A stretch of 63,574 bases of DNA, filler included, from Acidimicrobiia bacterium (GCA_041619515.1; 6 parts of 6 records of this genome joined end to end with filler, not necessarily neighbours in it); one strand, 5' to 3'. Positions 48,969 to 57,942 are shown, numbered from the whole stretch's first letter. The notes: generated from the sequence alone by a model not told the origin. Program-made: numbers and translations.

Positions 48969-49619
48969 TCAGGCCGGGCCCTCCTCCGGCACGGTCGATT
49001 CCCCGGACGTCGCCCCGGCGGGCGCTCTGGGTATCGACCGAAGCCACGCCAGCAGGCGCTCGACCTCAGCTTCCAGGTCGGCGACGCTGCCGGCGTTGGC
49101 GAGCACATAGTCGGCGGCCCGTCTCCATTCCTGCCCGGACGGCTGGGCTGCCATGCGGGCCTCGATATCGGCATGGCCCATTCCCCGTTCGGCCAGTCGG
49201 CGCTTTCGAAGCTCCGGCGGTGCATCGACCACCACCCGGGTCCAGCTGTCGCCGAGGATCGGCAGCAACACCGGAATCTCGACAACCACCAGCTCCGCCT
49301 CACCGTGGTCGGCCACCAGGTTGAGGATCCGGGCCACGATCGCCGGATGCGTCATCGACTCCAGCTGTTTGAGGGCCTGGGGGTCATCGAACACGATGGA
49401 GGCGAGCCTGGCACGATCGATGCGCTCGTCCACCACCACCTCCGGCCACCAGGCCGCAACCGCGTGAAACGCCTCCCCCTCAGGCTCGAGCACCGCGTGG
49501 CCGATCCTATCTGCATGAATCACCGGAATCCCCTTGGCAGCGAGCATGGCGGCAGCGGTGCTCTTGCCGGTGCCGATGCCTCCCGAGAGGATTACGCGAC
49601 GCGACGGGCCTTCGTTCAC
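48969..49619 (-). CDS. coaE: Dephospho-CoA kinase
   Basis: SGGIGTGKST, IDRARLASIVF, THPAI and EIPVL motifs; upstream of uvrB. Confidence 0.92.
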   Translation of the reverse strand: MNEGPSRRVILSGGIGTGKSTAAAMLAAKGIPVIHADRIGHAVLEPEGEAFHAVAAWWPEVVVDERIDRARLASIVFDDPQALKQLESMTHPAIVARILNLVADHGEAELVVVEIPVLLPILGDSWTRVVVDAPPELRKRRLAERGMGHADIEARMAAQPSGQEWRRAADYVLANAGSVADLEAEVERLLAWLRSIPRAPAGATSGESTVPEEGPA

Positions 49620-49642
49620 GCTGTGACTGTACCCTGATGGCG

Positions 49643-51163
49643 ATGTTCGCTACTGCCCCGGTGTGGGAGAGCCGCTTCGACCGGATCGCCAGCATCCTCC
49701 AGTGGATGGCGCTGGCATTCGGGGCCTTCTTCGCGTTCGTGCTGGACGGGGCCACCCTGGCGACCGCCACCGCCTTCACGGTGGTCGCGCTCTACATCGT
49801 CGTGTTCCAGACTCTTCCGATGCGGATTCGCCACGGCCTGTGGAGCGGCGAGGTCCTGGCGGTCACGGGGGTGGGAATCTCGATGCTGGCCATCGCCCTG
49901 ACCCGGGACATCGAGAGCCCCTACCTGCTGTTCTCGGTGACTCCGGTCCTCTATTCGGCCGCCTTCGCCGGGTGGCGGCGGGGCATCGAGACGGCGCTGC
50001 TGGCCAGCGGCGTCCTCATTGCCATCCGGACGCTGTCCGATGACAGCGCGCTGCTGGGAGGCAGCCTGTGGGCGTGGGTGGCGATCTACCTCCTCATCGC
50101 AGTGACCTTCAGCTTCGCCAGGCACCTGCTGCTGGAGGCGAGTGAGACCAACGCCGCCCTCATGGCGGCCTCGGCCGCCGCCACCGAGCAGCTCGACCGC
50201 CTCGAGCGCCTCGACACCTCCCACAAGCTGCTCACGGCCCTGTCCGAGCTCTCCGACGGGGCCGAGCTCAACCCGGTCCGGGTGGGTGCCGCCGCCCTCG
50301 ACCATCTCGAGGACGCAGTGCATTTCGAATCGGGCCAGATTGCCATCGAAAGCCCGGAGGGCCCCGTGGTCGTTGCTCGAACCGAGATGCGGGGGGAGCA
50401 CGAAGCCACCCTCACCAGCCCGTTGAGTGTCGGGACCCGGGATGTCGGGTTCGTGGTGCTGTCGAGACCAGAGCCCTTCGGCCCCGAAGAAGTGAGACAT
50501 GTCGAGGAGATACTGCAGCCGGTTGCGCTCTCCTTTGCCAACATCCTGCTGTTGCAAGGCATCGCCCACCGGGCAATTCAGGAGGAACGAATTCGATTGG
50601 CGCGCGAGCTGCACGACGAGATCGGCCCGTCCCTGGCGTCGCTCGGGCTCTCGCTCGACATGGCGATTCTCAAGCAGCCGGGCGACCCGGAGCTTGCCGC
50701 CGATCTCTCCGGGCTACGCTCGACCGTCACCGGCCTGGTCGAGGAAGTGCGCAACACGGTCGCCGGCTTGCGGGACGCCGAGCCGATCAGCCTGCACGAA
50801 CAGGCCGTCATCCTGTGCGCCGAAGAGCCGGATCGGCTGCCCAAGGTGACGACGGCGTTGCGGGAGAACCGCCCGCCTCCGGTGGACATCGGCTTCGAGA
50901 TCAGCTCCATCATGTCGGAGGCGGTTCGCAACGCCCGGCGCCACGCCGACGCACATATCGTGACGATCGGCGGCTACGTCAACTATGACTCCGGCGAGGT
51001 GTCGGTGACCGACGACGGCAGCGGCTTCGAGATCAAGCGCAAGCGGAGGGGCCACTACGGCCTGATCGGGATGCGGGAACGAGCCGACAAGATCGGAGCG
51101 AAGCTGGACGTGCGATCCTCGCCGGTCGGCACGACCGTGACGGTACGCTGGGGCCGCTCATGA
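49643..51163 (+). CDS. Membrane sensor histidine kinase (HisKA_3/NarX type)
   Basis: ERIRLARELHD, EAVRNARRHA, DDGSGF and GLIGMRER motifs; N-terminal TMs. ATG 49637 is an alternative start. Confidence 0.9.
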   Translation: MFATAPVWESRFDRIASILQWMALAFGAFFAFVLDGATLATATAFTVVALYIVVFQTLPMRIRHGLWSGEVLAVTGVGISMLAIALTRDIESPYLLFSVTPVLYSAAFAGWRRGIETALLASGVLIAIRTLSDDSALLGGSLWAWVAIYLLIAVTFSFARHLLLEASETNAALMAASAAATEQLDRLERLDTSHKLLTALSELSDGAELNPVRVGAAALDHLEDAVHFESGQIAIESPEGPVVVARTEMRGEHEATLTSPLSVGTRDVGFVVLSRPEPFGPEEVRHVEEILQPVALSFANILLLQGIAHRAIQEERIRLARELHDEIGPSLASLGLSLDMAILKQPGDPELAADLSGLRSTVTGLVEEVRNTVAGLRDAEPISLHEQAVILCAEEPDRLPKVTTALRENRPPPVDIGFEISSIMSEAVRNARRHADAHIVTIGGYVNYDSGEVSVTDDGSGFEIKRKRRGHYGLIGMRERADKIGAKLDVRSSPVGTTVTVRWGRS

Positions 51164-51789
51164 TCCGAGTGCTCATCGCAGACGACCACCAACTATTGCT
51201 GGAGGGAATCTCCCAGGCCCTCAATCTGATCCCCGACATCACGGTGATCGGCGCGGCGGCAGACGGAAACGAGCTGGTTGCCAAAGTGGCCGAGCTCGTG
51301 CCCGACGTGCTGGTCATAGACCAGGAGATGCCGAACCTCACCGGCATTGGGGCCCTCGCCAAGATCGGCAATCCGCCGCCGGCCGTCGTCGTCACGATGC
51401 ACGCCGACGAACGGCACCGGGAGAAGGCCGAGGAGGCCGGCGCGGTTGGCTTCCTGTCCAAGTCGACCCCCCTTCCCACGCTGGCGGCGGCGGTGCGGGC
51501 TGCCGCGGCCGGTGAGGTGTTCATCGAGGCCGTGGGCGGGACCGCCGTGCTCGACGGCTACCGCGAGGCCGTGCTCGACCCGGGGGCAGCCGCCCTCACG
51601 GCTCGCGAGCGTGAGTTGCTCGGACTGCTCACCCAGGGTGTGTCGTCCACCGAAGAGCTGGCCGACCGGCTGTATATCTCCCAGAAGACGGTCAAGAATC
51701 ACCTGGCCAGCATCTACGAGAAACTCGCCATCAGCGACCGGGCTCAGGCCGCCGTGGAAGCGATTCGGCTCGGGCTGGGGAGACGGTAA
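51160..51789 (+). CDS. NarL/LuxR family response regulator
   Basis: ADDH receiver domain; LTARE..L.IS.KTVKNH HTH. Confidence 0.92.
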   Translation: MIRVLIADDHQLLLEGISQALNLIPDITVIGAAADGNELVAKVAELVPDVLVIDQEMPNLTGIGALAKIGNPPPAVVVTMHADERHREKAEEAGAVGFLSKSTPLPTLAAAVRAAAAGEVFIEAVGGTAVLDGYREAVLDPGAAALTARERELLGLLTQGVSSTEELADRLYISQKTVKNHLASIYEKLAISDRAQAAVEAIRLGLGRR

Positions 51790-51914
51790 CGGCCCCGGAC
51801 CAGCCGCATCTGACCGGCTACCGGCCGCTGCGAGGCCCGGGTGGGAGGGGCGGGGGGCCCGGCAGGGCGGCAGCGGATCCTCGTGATGCCCGTGCGATGC
51901 GCCCCTCTCGGGAC

Positions 51915-51945
51915 AAACAAAAATCCGGGTGGTTTCCCACCCGGA
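51915..51945 (-). terminator. Intrinsic terminator downstream of flp
   Basis: TCCGGGTGG-GAAA-CCACCCGGA followed by TTTTTGTTT on the minus strand. Confidence 0.85.
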
Positions 51946-51970
51946 CCTTTGAGTCGTTTGTCGACAGGCC

Positions 51971-52144
51971 TTACTTGAGGCTCTCGTTCACCTTGCTGAA
52001 GGTTCCCGAGGTGTTCTCACCAACCTGCGTGATGACCACGATCGCTACAACGGCGATGAGGACGAGCAGGAGGGCGTACTCAACGAGGCTGGCGCCTTCG
52101 TCGGCCTGCATTTTGTTCTGAAACTTGACCCAGAGGTCGAGCAT
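51971..52144 (-). CDS. flp: Flp family type IV pilin (57 aa; not in the ORF track)
   Basis: MLDLWVKFQNKMQADEG|ASLVEYALLLVLIAVVAIVVITQVGENTSGTFSKVNESLK; AAGGAG RBS; own terminator. Confidence 0.92.
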   Translation of the reverse strand: MLDLWVKFQNKMQADEGASLVEYALLLVLIAVVAIVVITQVGENTSGTFSKVNESLK

Positions 52145-52249
52145 TGGTCTCTCCTTGTGTGCGAGCTATCCCGTCTATCTTCGGCCAATCGTTTTTCGCG
52201 TTCCATAGGTCGGGCGACCCAAACCCGGTTCGCTGCGGACTCGCCGCCG

Positions 52250-53587
52250 TCAGCGGGCGAGCACCACGAACTCGTCGTCGCGATATCGCTCCGACCATCC
52301 CGATGCGGCCAGCACTGCCTCCAACCCGGTGTCAGTGCTGCTCAGCAGCGCCTGGTTGATGTCGTAGCGGGCGAAAACGTCTTCCCATCCCGGGCGGCCG
52401 GCTCGGGTGTCGACGAACTCCTGGAACCGCTGCTCGCCGTACAGCTCGGCCCGATCGTCGGTATACACGAGGCGGTCGGGCCAGGCGGCGTAGATGAGGT
52501 AGCCGCCGACGGCATCGCCATGGAAGACGTTGCCGGCGGACACGGCTCCCAGGGCGGCGACCGGAAACAGCTCGTCGTCCGGCGCCGACTCAGCTCGAGA
52601 GGCACCCAGCCAGACGGCAACCACCACCAGCGTCAAGGCGATCGCGCTGTTGACCAGTCCGGGCTCCGCCCGCCGCCGGCCCGGCGCCAGCCGGATCGAT
52701 CGAGCCGCCCAGGGAGCCAGAACGAGTGTCGCCGGTATCAGCGCCCGGTAGCTCGTCAATCCGAACAGGAGAAACGGCACGACCACCACCAGATCACCGG
52801 GCTCGATTCTGCTGCGGGCGGCTCCCAGCAGGAGTGCCCCGACGAGGAGCGCGTAGGGGGCGGCGCCCGGGTCGGTGAGGTCCGGAGGCGCCCACTCCTG
52901 AATCAGATCGAGGGCGCCACGATTCTGGGCGAACTCGACGAGCACCAGCCAGAGGGCGAGGCCGTGCGCGGTGAGTGAGACGGCCACGACGCTCAAGCCG
53001 AGGGTGCCCCACAGCTGCTTGCGTCCCGTCCTGAGCGCCTCGAGCACGATCAACCCGAGCCCTATCACGAAGGAGCCATGCACCCCCGCCCACACCCACA
53101 TCAGGAGCGGAATCGTCCATCTGAGCCGGGGATGGGCGAGCGCCAGGATGAGGGCGGCAAGGAGCATGTGGCTGAAGACCACCGGCCGGGGCACGAGGGT
53201 GCGGAGCACGAGCCACCCGACGAAGAACAACACGCCGGCGGTGGCTACCAGGTTGTGAGCCTCCCGGTAGACGGCCACTCCCACCAGCGCCAGGGTCGCC
53301 GTCATGGTGATGGCAACGAGGGGCCACACCCAAGACAGGTCGCCCGTCCACCGCTCCAGGAGCCCGTACCCGAGATCGGCGATCCACGACTGGGTTCGCC
53401 AAGCTTCCCCTCCAGCGGTAAACGAGAACGGGTCCGCCCGCAGGACCTGTCCCGTGTCCAGCTGAATGGTCCCGGCCCTCACGTGCCAGAGGAACGAGTT
53501 GTCCGAGATGGCTCGCGCCGCCGCCACCACGACTCCCAAGATCGGAACCAGGACGAACAGATGGCGGACTGAGAGGCGGTCGGACAC
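52250..53587 (-). CDS. Polytopic membrane protein, putative GT-C glycosyltransferase
   Basis: DNSFLWHVRAG..DPFSFT, PRP, W..VHGSF, IQEW, GGYLIY and DDRAELYG motifs; ~11 TM segments. Confidence 0.65.
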   Translation of the reverse strand: MSDRLSVRHLFVLVPILGVVVAAARAISDNSFLWHVRAGTIQLDTGQVLRADPFSFTAGGEAWRTQSWIADLGYGLLERWTGDLSWVWPLVAITMTATLALVGVAVYREAHNLVATAGVLFFVGWLVLRTLVPRPVVFSHMLLAALILALAHPRLRWTIPLLMWVWAGVHGSFVIGLGLIVLEALRTGRKQLWGTLGLSVVAVSLTAHGLALWLVLVEFAQNRGALDLIQEWAPPDLTDPGAAPYALLVGALLLGAARSRIEPGDLVVVVPFLLFGLTSYRALIPATLVLAPWAARSIRLAPGRRRAEPGLVNSAIALTLVVVAVWLGASRAESAPDDELFPVAALGAVSAGNVFHGDAVGGYLIYAAWPDRLVYTDDRAELYGEQRFQEFVDTRAGRPGWEDVFARYDINQALLSSTDTGLEAVLAASGWSERYRDDEFVVLAR

Positions 53588-53598
53588 CGCAGCCGCGC

Positions 53599-54519
53599 CT
53601 AGAACAGGACGGTGTCGGAGATGCGGAGGCCGGCCGGGCCGAGCAAGACGGTGAGGAAGGCGAATATGAGCAGCATGAGCGGGCCCACCAGCTTGACGGG
53701 GGCCGCATATGCCTTCTCCTGGGCCCGTTGACGCCGCTTGATGCGCATTTCCTCGGCTTGCACCCTCAGCACCCGGGCAATCGAAACCCCAAAGCTGTCG
53801 GCTTGCATCATCGCCAGCAGGAACCCTCGCAGCTCTTCGACGTCTGTTCGGTCCCGCAGGTGGCGCATCGCATCCTTGCGTGCGACGCCCACCCGGGTTT
53901 CGGTGATCATGCGCTGGAACTCATCCGACAACGGGCCGGGGACGGTGGCAACTACCCGGGCCATCGCCTGGTCGAAGCCGAGCCCGGCTTCGACGCTGAT
54001 GACGAGCAGGTCGAGGATGTCGGGCAGCTGCCGGAGGATGGCGTCGCTGCGCTCGGCCATCTTGCGGTTGAGCCAGGCGTCGGGCCCGAGGAAGCCGGCT
54101 CCCACCAGCAGGGCGAAGGTCAAGAGCTTCTGGTTGAACGGCAGCCCCCCCTGGATGATCAGCCACAGCACGACTCCGACCACGATGGTGACCACCTTGA
54201 GCACCGCCCACGAGTTGGCGTCGATGTTGCCGGGATTGCCGGCGATGGTGAGCCGCTTCTCGGTGCGATCGATCCAGCCGACCGGCGTGAACCGTCCCGC
54301 TACCTTGCTGAAACGCTCGAAGATGGGGGCGATCGCCCGATCGGCGAAAGGCCGCTTGAGCTCACGTTCACGGATCGCCTCTTCCGAGCGGGCGGTCTTG
54401 CGCCCGTATTGGGCGAGCCGCTCGGCGGTGAGGTTGCGCGCCCGTGTGACGCCGTTTCCGACGTAATAGGCGCCAGCGGCAACGGCTACGAAAGACGAGA
54501 AGACGGCTAGCTCGAGCAT
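53599..54519 (-). CDS. tadC: Tad pilus assembly protein TadC (type II secretion system F family)
   Basis: LPDILDLLVISVEAGLGFDQA and QAEEMR.KRRQRAQEKA..APVK motifs. Confidence 0.88.
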   Translation of the reverse strand: MLELAVFSSFVAVAAGAYYVGNGVTRARNLTAERLAQYGRKTARSEEAIRERELKRPFADRAIAPIFERFSKVAGRFTPVGWIDRTEKRLTIAGNPGNIDANSWAVLKVVTIVVGVVLWLIIQGGLPFNQKLLTFALLVGAGFLGPDAWLNRKMAERSDAILRQLPDILDLLVISVEAGLGFDQAMARVVATVPGPLSDEFQRMITETRVGVARKDAMRHLRDRTDVEELRGFLLAMMQADSFGVSIARVLRVQAEEMRIKRRQRAQEKAYAAPVKLVGPLMLLIFAFLTVLLGPAGLRISDTVLF

Positions 54520-54680
54520 TAGACCTCGATATTCACGATCTTCCGGAGCCAGGCGAAGGCGGCGATCATGGACCCGATCGCAACCCCGATCATGATCCAT
54601 CCCGCCGTGCGATCGACGAGCGGCTCCAGATAGGAACGATTGCTGGTGAACAGGAAGAGGAAGATGAACACTGGCAGGCC
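54519..54680 (-). CDS. tadB: Tad pilus assembly protein TadB, C-terminal fragment
   Basis: LPVFIFLFLF..N.SYLEPL....GW..........WLRKIVNIEV*; TAATG overlap with tadC. Confidence 0.8.
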   Translation of the reverse strand, partial: GLPVFIFLFLFTSNRSYLEPLVDRTAGWIMIGVAIGSMIAAFAWLRKIVNIEV

Positions 54681-54780
54681 NNNNNNNNNNNNNNNNNNNN
54701 NNNNNNNNNNNNNNNNNNNNNNNNTTAATTAATTAANNNNNNNNNNNNNNNNNNNNNNNNNNNNNNNNNNNNNNNNNNNN
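54681..54780. other. Artificial contig linker
   Basis: N44-TTAATTAATTAA-N44. Confidence 0.98.
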
Positions 54781-55344
54781 CCATGCCCCGAACAACCCGA
54801 AGACGGCACCCGAGGCACCCACCGCCGGACTGGTGTTGAAAGCGGCGAAGGCGACGCTGCCGAGCAGCGCCGAGGCGAGGTACAGGCCGGCAAAGGGCGC
54901 GGATCCCACCTGGCGCTCGATGCCCGGACCCAGGATGTACAGGGCCCACATGTTGAAGAGAATGTGCATGACGCCGGAATGGAGGAAGGCAGTCGTGACG
55001 AGCCGCCACCACTCACCGCTTGCCACCGCCGCCGGGAAGAGCGCGAAGTTGTCGAAGATGGTTCGGTTCAGCTGCGGGCTGACGGCTCCCAGGACGTACA
55101 CCGCCACCGATGAGACGAGCAGGAACAGCGTGACGGGCGGCAGGGTGGTGCTGCGAGCTCGAATCTGGCGGCCGGTGATGATGGTGGCCCTGCCCCGCTG
55201 CCTGGCGCAGTCCGGGCACTTCTGGCCGACCGGTGAATCGATCGAGCAGTCGGCACAGATCGGCTTGCCGCAGTCCGAGCACGCCAGGTAGGTCGTGCGG
55301 TCGGTGTGTCGGTAGCAGGTGGGGGCGGTGGGGGTCGGCTCCAT
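54781..55344 (-). CDS. Rhomboid intramembrane serine protease with N-terminal B-box-like zinc finger, 3'-truncated
   Basis: CYRH..C..C...IC..C......C..C; WWRLVT, HILFNM and GASG motifs. Confidence 0.9.
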
Positions 55345-55393
55345 GCCCCTCATATAACCGGCTTCGGCGACGGATCGTTCCCTCTGGAGCCGT

Positions 55394-55523
55394 ACAAGAA
55401 TCGGGGGCGGCCGGACCGCCCCCGATTCTTCCCAGTTCCTCGCTAGGTGAGGATGGGGATCTTGCCTTCTCACCTGCGGTATTCCGGCCGACGACGCTTC
55501 CCGCCGGCCGGGGTCTTCACGCC
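55394..55523 (-). ncRNA. Candidate small RNA (~130 nt, three hairpins) downstream of a Rex operator
   Basis: Stems at 55484-55511, 55441-55478 (loop contains AUCCCC) and 55396-55430, in the intergenic gap between divergent genes. Confidence 0.45.
55396..55430. terminator. Perfect 15-bp hairpin, terminator-like
   Basis: AAGAATCGGGGGCGG-CCGGA-CCGCCCCCGATTCTT. Confidence 0.75.
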
Positions 55524-55529
55524 TAGCTA

Positions 55530-55562
55530 TTGTGAAGACATTCACAAAAAGACATTCACAAA
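55530..55562. promoter_or_regulatory. Rex (NADH/NAD+ sensor) operator plus an extra half-site
   Basis: TTGTGAA-GACA-TTCACAA (55530-55547) matches TTGTGAA-N4-TTCACAA exactly; a direct repeat of AAGACATTCACAAA follows. Confidence 0.8.
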
Positions 55563-55656
55563 TGAGTATGGACGCACCGGCTCCGTGCTGTTCAGGGCCA
55601 AAAGTCCCGAGTCCTGACCCGGAGAGGGCGTCGTGGGCGTGGGGTACCATCTCCCG

Positions 55657-57435
55657 GTGGAATACCAGGCCCTCTACCGGAAATACCGGCCGCAGTCGTT
55701 CTCGGAGATCGTTGGACAGGATCACGTGACGGCAACGCTGCGCCGTGAGGTGGTGGAGGAGAAGGTGAGCCACGCCTATCTGTTTGCGGGCCCGCGCGGC
55801 ACCGGCAAGACCACCACGGCCAGGGTGCTCGCCAAGTCCCTCAACTGTCCCGATCGCGGAGCCGACGGAGAGCCCTGCAACAAGTGCTCGTCATGTGCAG
55901 GCATCAGCGAAGGCTCTTCGCTCGACGTGATCGAGCTCGATGCCGCCAGCCACAACAAGGTCGAGGACATCCGGGAGATTCGAGTCAACGTCGGGACGGT
56001 CGCATCGGTTTCGGGAGCTCGACGGGTCTACATCCTCGATGAGGCGCACATGCTCTCCCGGGCCGCCTCCAACGCCCTGCTCAAGACGCTGGAGGAGCCA
56101 CCGGAGCACGTCCACTTCGTGCTCGCCACCACCGAGCCGTACAAGCTGCTCGACACCGTCAGGTCCCGTAGCCAGCGCTTCGATTTCCATCCGATCGGGG
56201 TGGAAGCGCTCAGTGCTCACCTGGCAACGATTGCCCAGCACGAAGGATTCTCGGCCGCCTCCGAAGCGCTCGTTGCCATCTCCCACCACGCCAGGGGCTC
56301 GGTGCGAGACGGGATGGGACTTCTCGAGCAGGTGGCGGCACTCGGGTCTGGGGTGGTGGACCCTGAGGGGGTCTCGGCCGCCCTTGGTCTGGTTGGCGCC
56401 GAGGCCTTCGAGCGCCTGTCCAACGCCATCGTGGGCCAGGATGCCCGCGCCGGGCTGGAGCTGGTCTCCGACATTGCGGCCCAGGGCTCGGATCTACGCC
56501 GTTTCGTCTCGGACGCGCTGGCGTACTTCCGGGGCGTCTTCCTCGCCCATTACGCACCAAACCTCGAGGAGATCGTCGACGAGTCGGCCGATCGCATCGA
56601 AGGGTGGCGGGCAATGGCCCGGGCCATGCCCGCCGCCGACGTCATCCAGGCCATCGACCAGCTCTCGGAAGCCCTGCTGCAGTTGCGCGAGGGCCGGGAA
56701 GAGCGGCTCGTCGTCGAGCTGGCCGTGATCCGTCTCACCCGCCACGACACGGCGATCGACTCGATTTCGCTTGCGGCCAGGCTCGATCGCATCGAAGGCC
56801 GCCTGCGACGTGACGGGTCGATCCCGCCACCTTCGACCGCCGAGGCCGCTCCGGCCTCCGCCCGCACTGGGGCCGGACCGCCGCCCCCCGCAGCGACCGA
56901 CGCCCCGTTCGAGAAGGCTGCGGCGCCGCAACCTTCTGAGCCCGCCCCGGCCGCGCCGATGAAGGACGAGATGCCCGACGCCGAGCTGACCATACGGGCG
57001 GTTGAGGCCGCCTGGCCGGCGCTGGTGGGAAAGGTGAGGGAGGCCGTTGGTCCCCGCCGCTACGCCCTATTGAAGGAGGCCGGTCCCGGCTCCGCCGAGG
57101 GGAACACTCTCGTGCTGCACCTTCCGGGTCACCTCACCTTTCACCTCGAGTCACTCCAGGAGGACGCCGCCCTGCGAGAAGTAGTGGAGATGGCGGCCTC
57201 GGACCTGCTCGGGGGAAGGGTTCGCATCCGCTACGAGCCGGGACCGGGTGAGGACGGCGCGGCTGGAGTGCAGGAGCCGATACCGGAGAGCCCATTGCGG
57301 GCGCCGGCTCCGGGTGACCTGACCGAAGAAGCACAGGGCGGCATCGACCCCACCAAACTGGTGGAGGACATGCTCGGCGGTGAGGTCGTCGATGACGGGA
57401 ACCCTTCGGGCTCCGGGAACCCTTCGGGTTCCTAG
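55657..57435 (+). CDS. dnaX: DNA polymerase III subunit gamma/tau
   Basis: ALYRKYRPQ, GPRGTGKTT, zinc module, DEAHML, LLKTLEEPP and SRSQ motifs; leaderless TACCAT box. Confidence 0.96.
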   Translation: MEYQALYRKYRPQSFSEIVGQDHVTATLRREVVEEKVSHAYLFAGPRGTGKTTTARVLAKSLNCPDRGADGEPCNKCSSCAGISEGSSLDVIELDAASHNKVEDIREIRVNVGTVASVSGARRVYILDEAHMLSRAASNALLKTLEEPPEHVHFVLATTEPYKLLDTVRSRSQRFDFHPIGVEALSAHLATIAQHEGFSAASEALVAISHHARGSVRDGMGLLEQVAALGSGVVDPEGVSAALGLVGAEAFERLSNAIVGQDARAGLELVSDIAAQGSDLRRFVSDALAYFRGVFLAHYAPNLEEIVDESADRIEGWRAMARAMPAADVIQAIDQLSEALLQLREGREERLVVELAVIRLTRHDTAIDSISLAARLDRIEGRLRRDGSIPPPSTAEAAPASARTGAGPPPPAATDAPFEKAAAPQPSEPAPAAPMKDEMPDAELTIRAVEAAWPALVGKVREAVGPRRYALLKEAGPGSAEGNTLVLHLPGHLTFHLESLQEDAALREVVEMAASDLLGGRVRIRYEPGPGEDGAAGVQEPIPESPLRAPAPGDLTEEAQGGIDPTKLVEDMLGGEVVDDGNPSGSGNPSGS

Positions 57436-57498
57436 GCAGTTGCTTCGCAACTGCGGGAGGGGACTCCTCGGGCTCCGGGAACCCTTCGGGTTCCTAGG
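57397..57498 (+). repeat. Palindromic repeat cluster: two [18-mer x2 + TAGG] blocks separated by a GCAGTTGC-TTC-GCAACTGC hairpin
   Basis: GGGAACCCTTCGGG(C/T)TCC-like units at 57397, 57415, 57459 (degenerate) and 57477. Confidence 0.8.
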
Positions 57499-57537
57499 TT
57501 CGTAGGCGTACCGGGGTTTCGCGCTACTCTCGCCCCC

Positions 57538-57879
57538 ATGGGACGTTTACCGAAGGACATGCAAAAACTGCTCGAGCAGGCCTCGGCGATGCAGGCGAAG
57601 ATGCAGGAGGCGCAGCAAGCGGCGGCCGACCAGGAGTTCGAGGGAACCTCGGGAGGCGGCATGGTCACGGCTGTCGTCAAGGGATCAGGCGAAGTGGTGT
57701 CGATTACCTTCGACCCCTCTGTGCTCGACCCGGAAGATCCCGAGCTGGTCGGTGACCTGGTCGTGGCGGCCCTCAACCAGGCACAGCAGGCTGCCCACGA
57801 GGCGCTGGCAGGCGGCATCACCGAAGCAACCGGGGGGATCGACCTGGACGGCCTCGGGCTTGGCGGACTGCTGGGTTGA
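57538..57879 (+). CDS. ybaB: YbaB/EbfC nucleoid-associated protein
   Basis: GTSGGGMVTA..G.G and DLVVAALN motifs; between dnaX and recR. Confidence 0.93.
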   Translation: MGRLPKDMQKLLEQASAMQAKMQEAQQAAADQEFEGTSGGGMVTAVVKGSGEVVSITFDPSVLDPEDPELVGDLVVAALNQAQQAAHEALAGGITEATGGIDLDGLGLGGLLG

Positions 57880-57942
57880 GAGACGTCGGAGGACGAATGT
57901 CGCCGTTCTCGCCCGCGTACCCTCCTACCCCCTTGACCTCGC

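Noticed and set aside
11298..54780. Recurrent TTAATTAATTAA motif within N runs, and ORFs containing X
   Set aside because: Artificial contig linkers; gene adjacency across them has no biological meaning.
55360..55650. SRP RNA (ffs), often found upstream of dnaX
   Set aside because: No SRP domain IV signature (CAGG..GGAA..AGCAG) recognised on either strand.
57397..57498. CRISPR-like array
   Set aside because: Units are adjacent with no unique spacers of regular length, and no cas genes are present.
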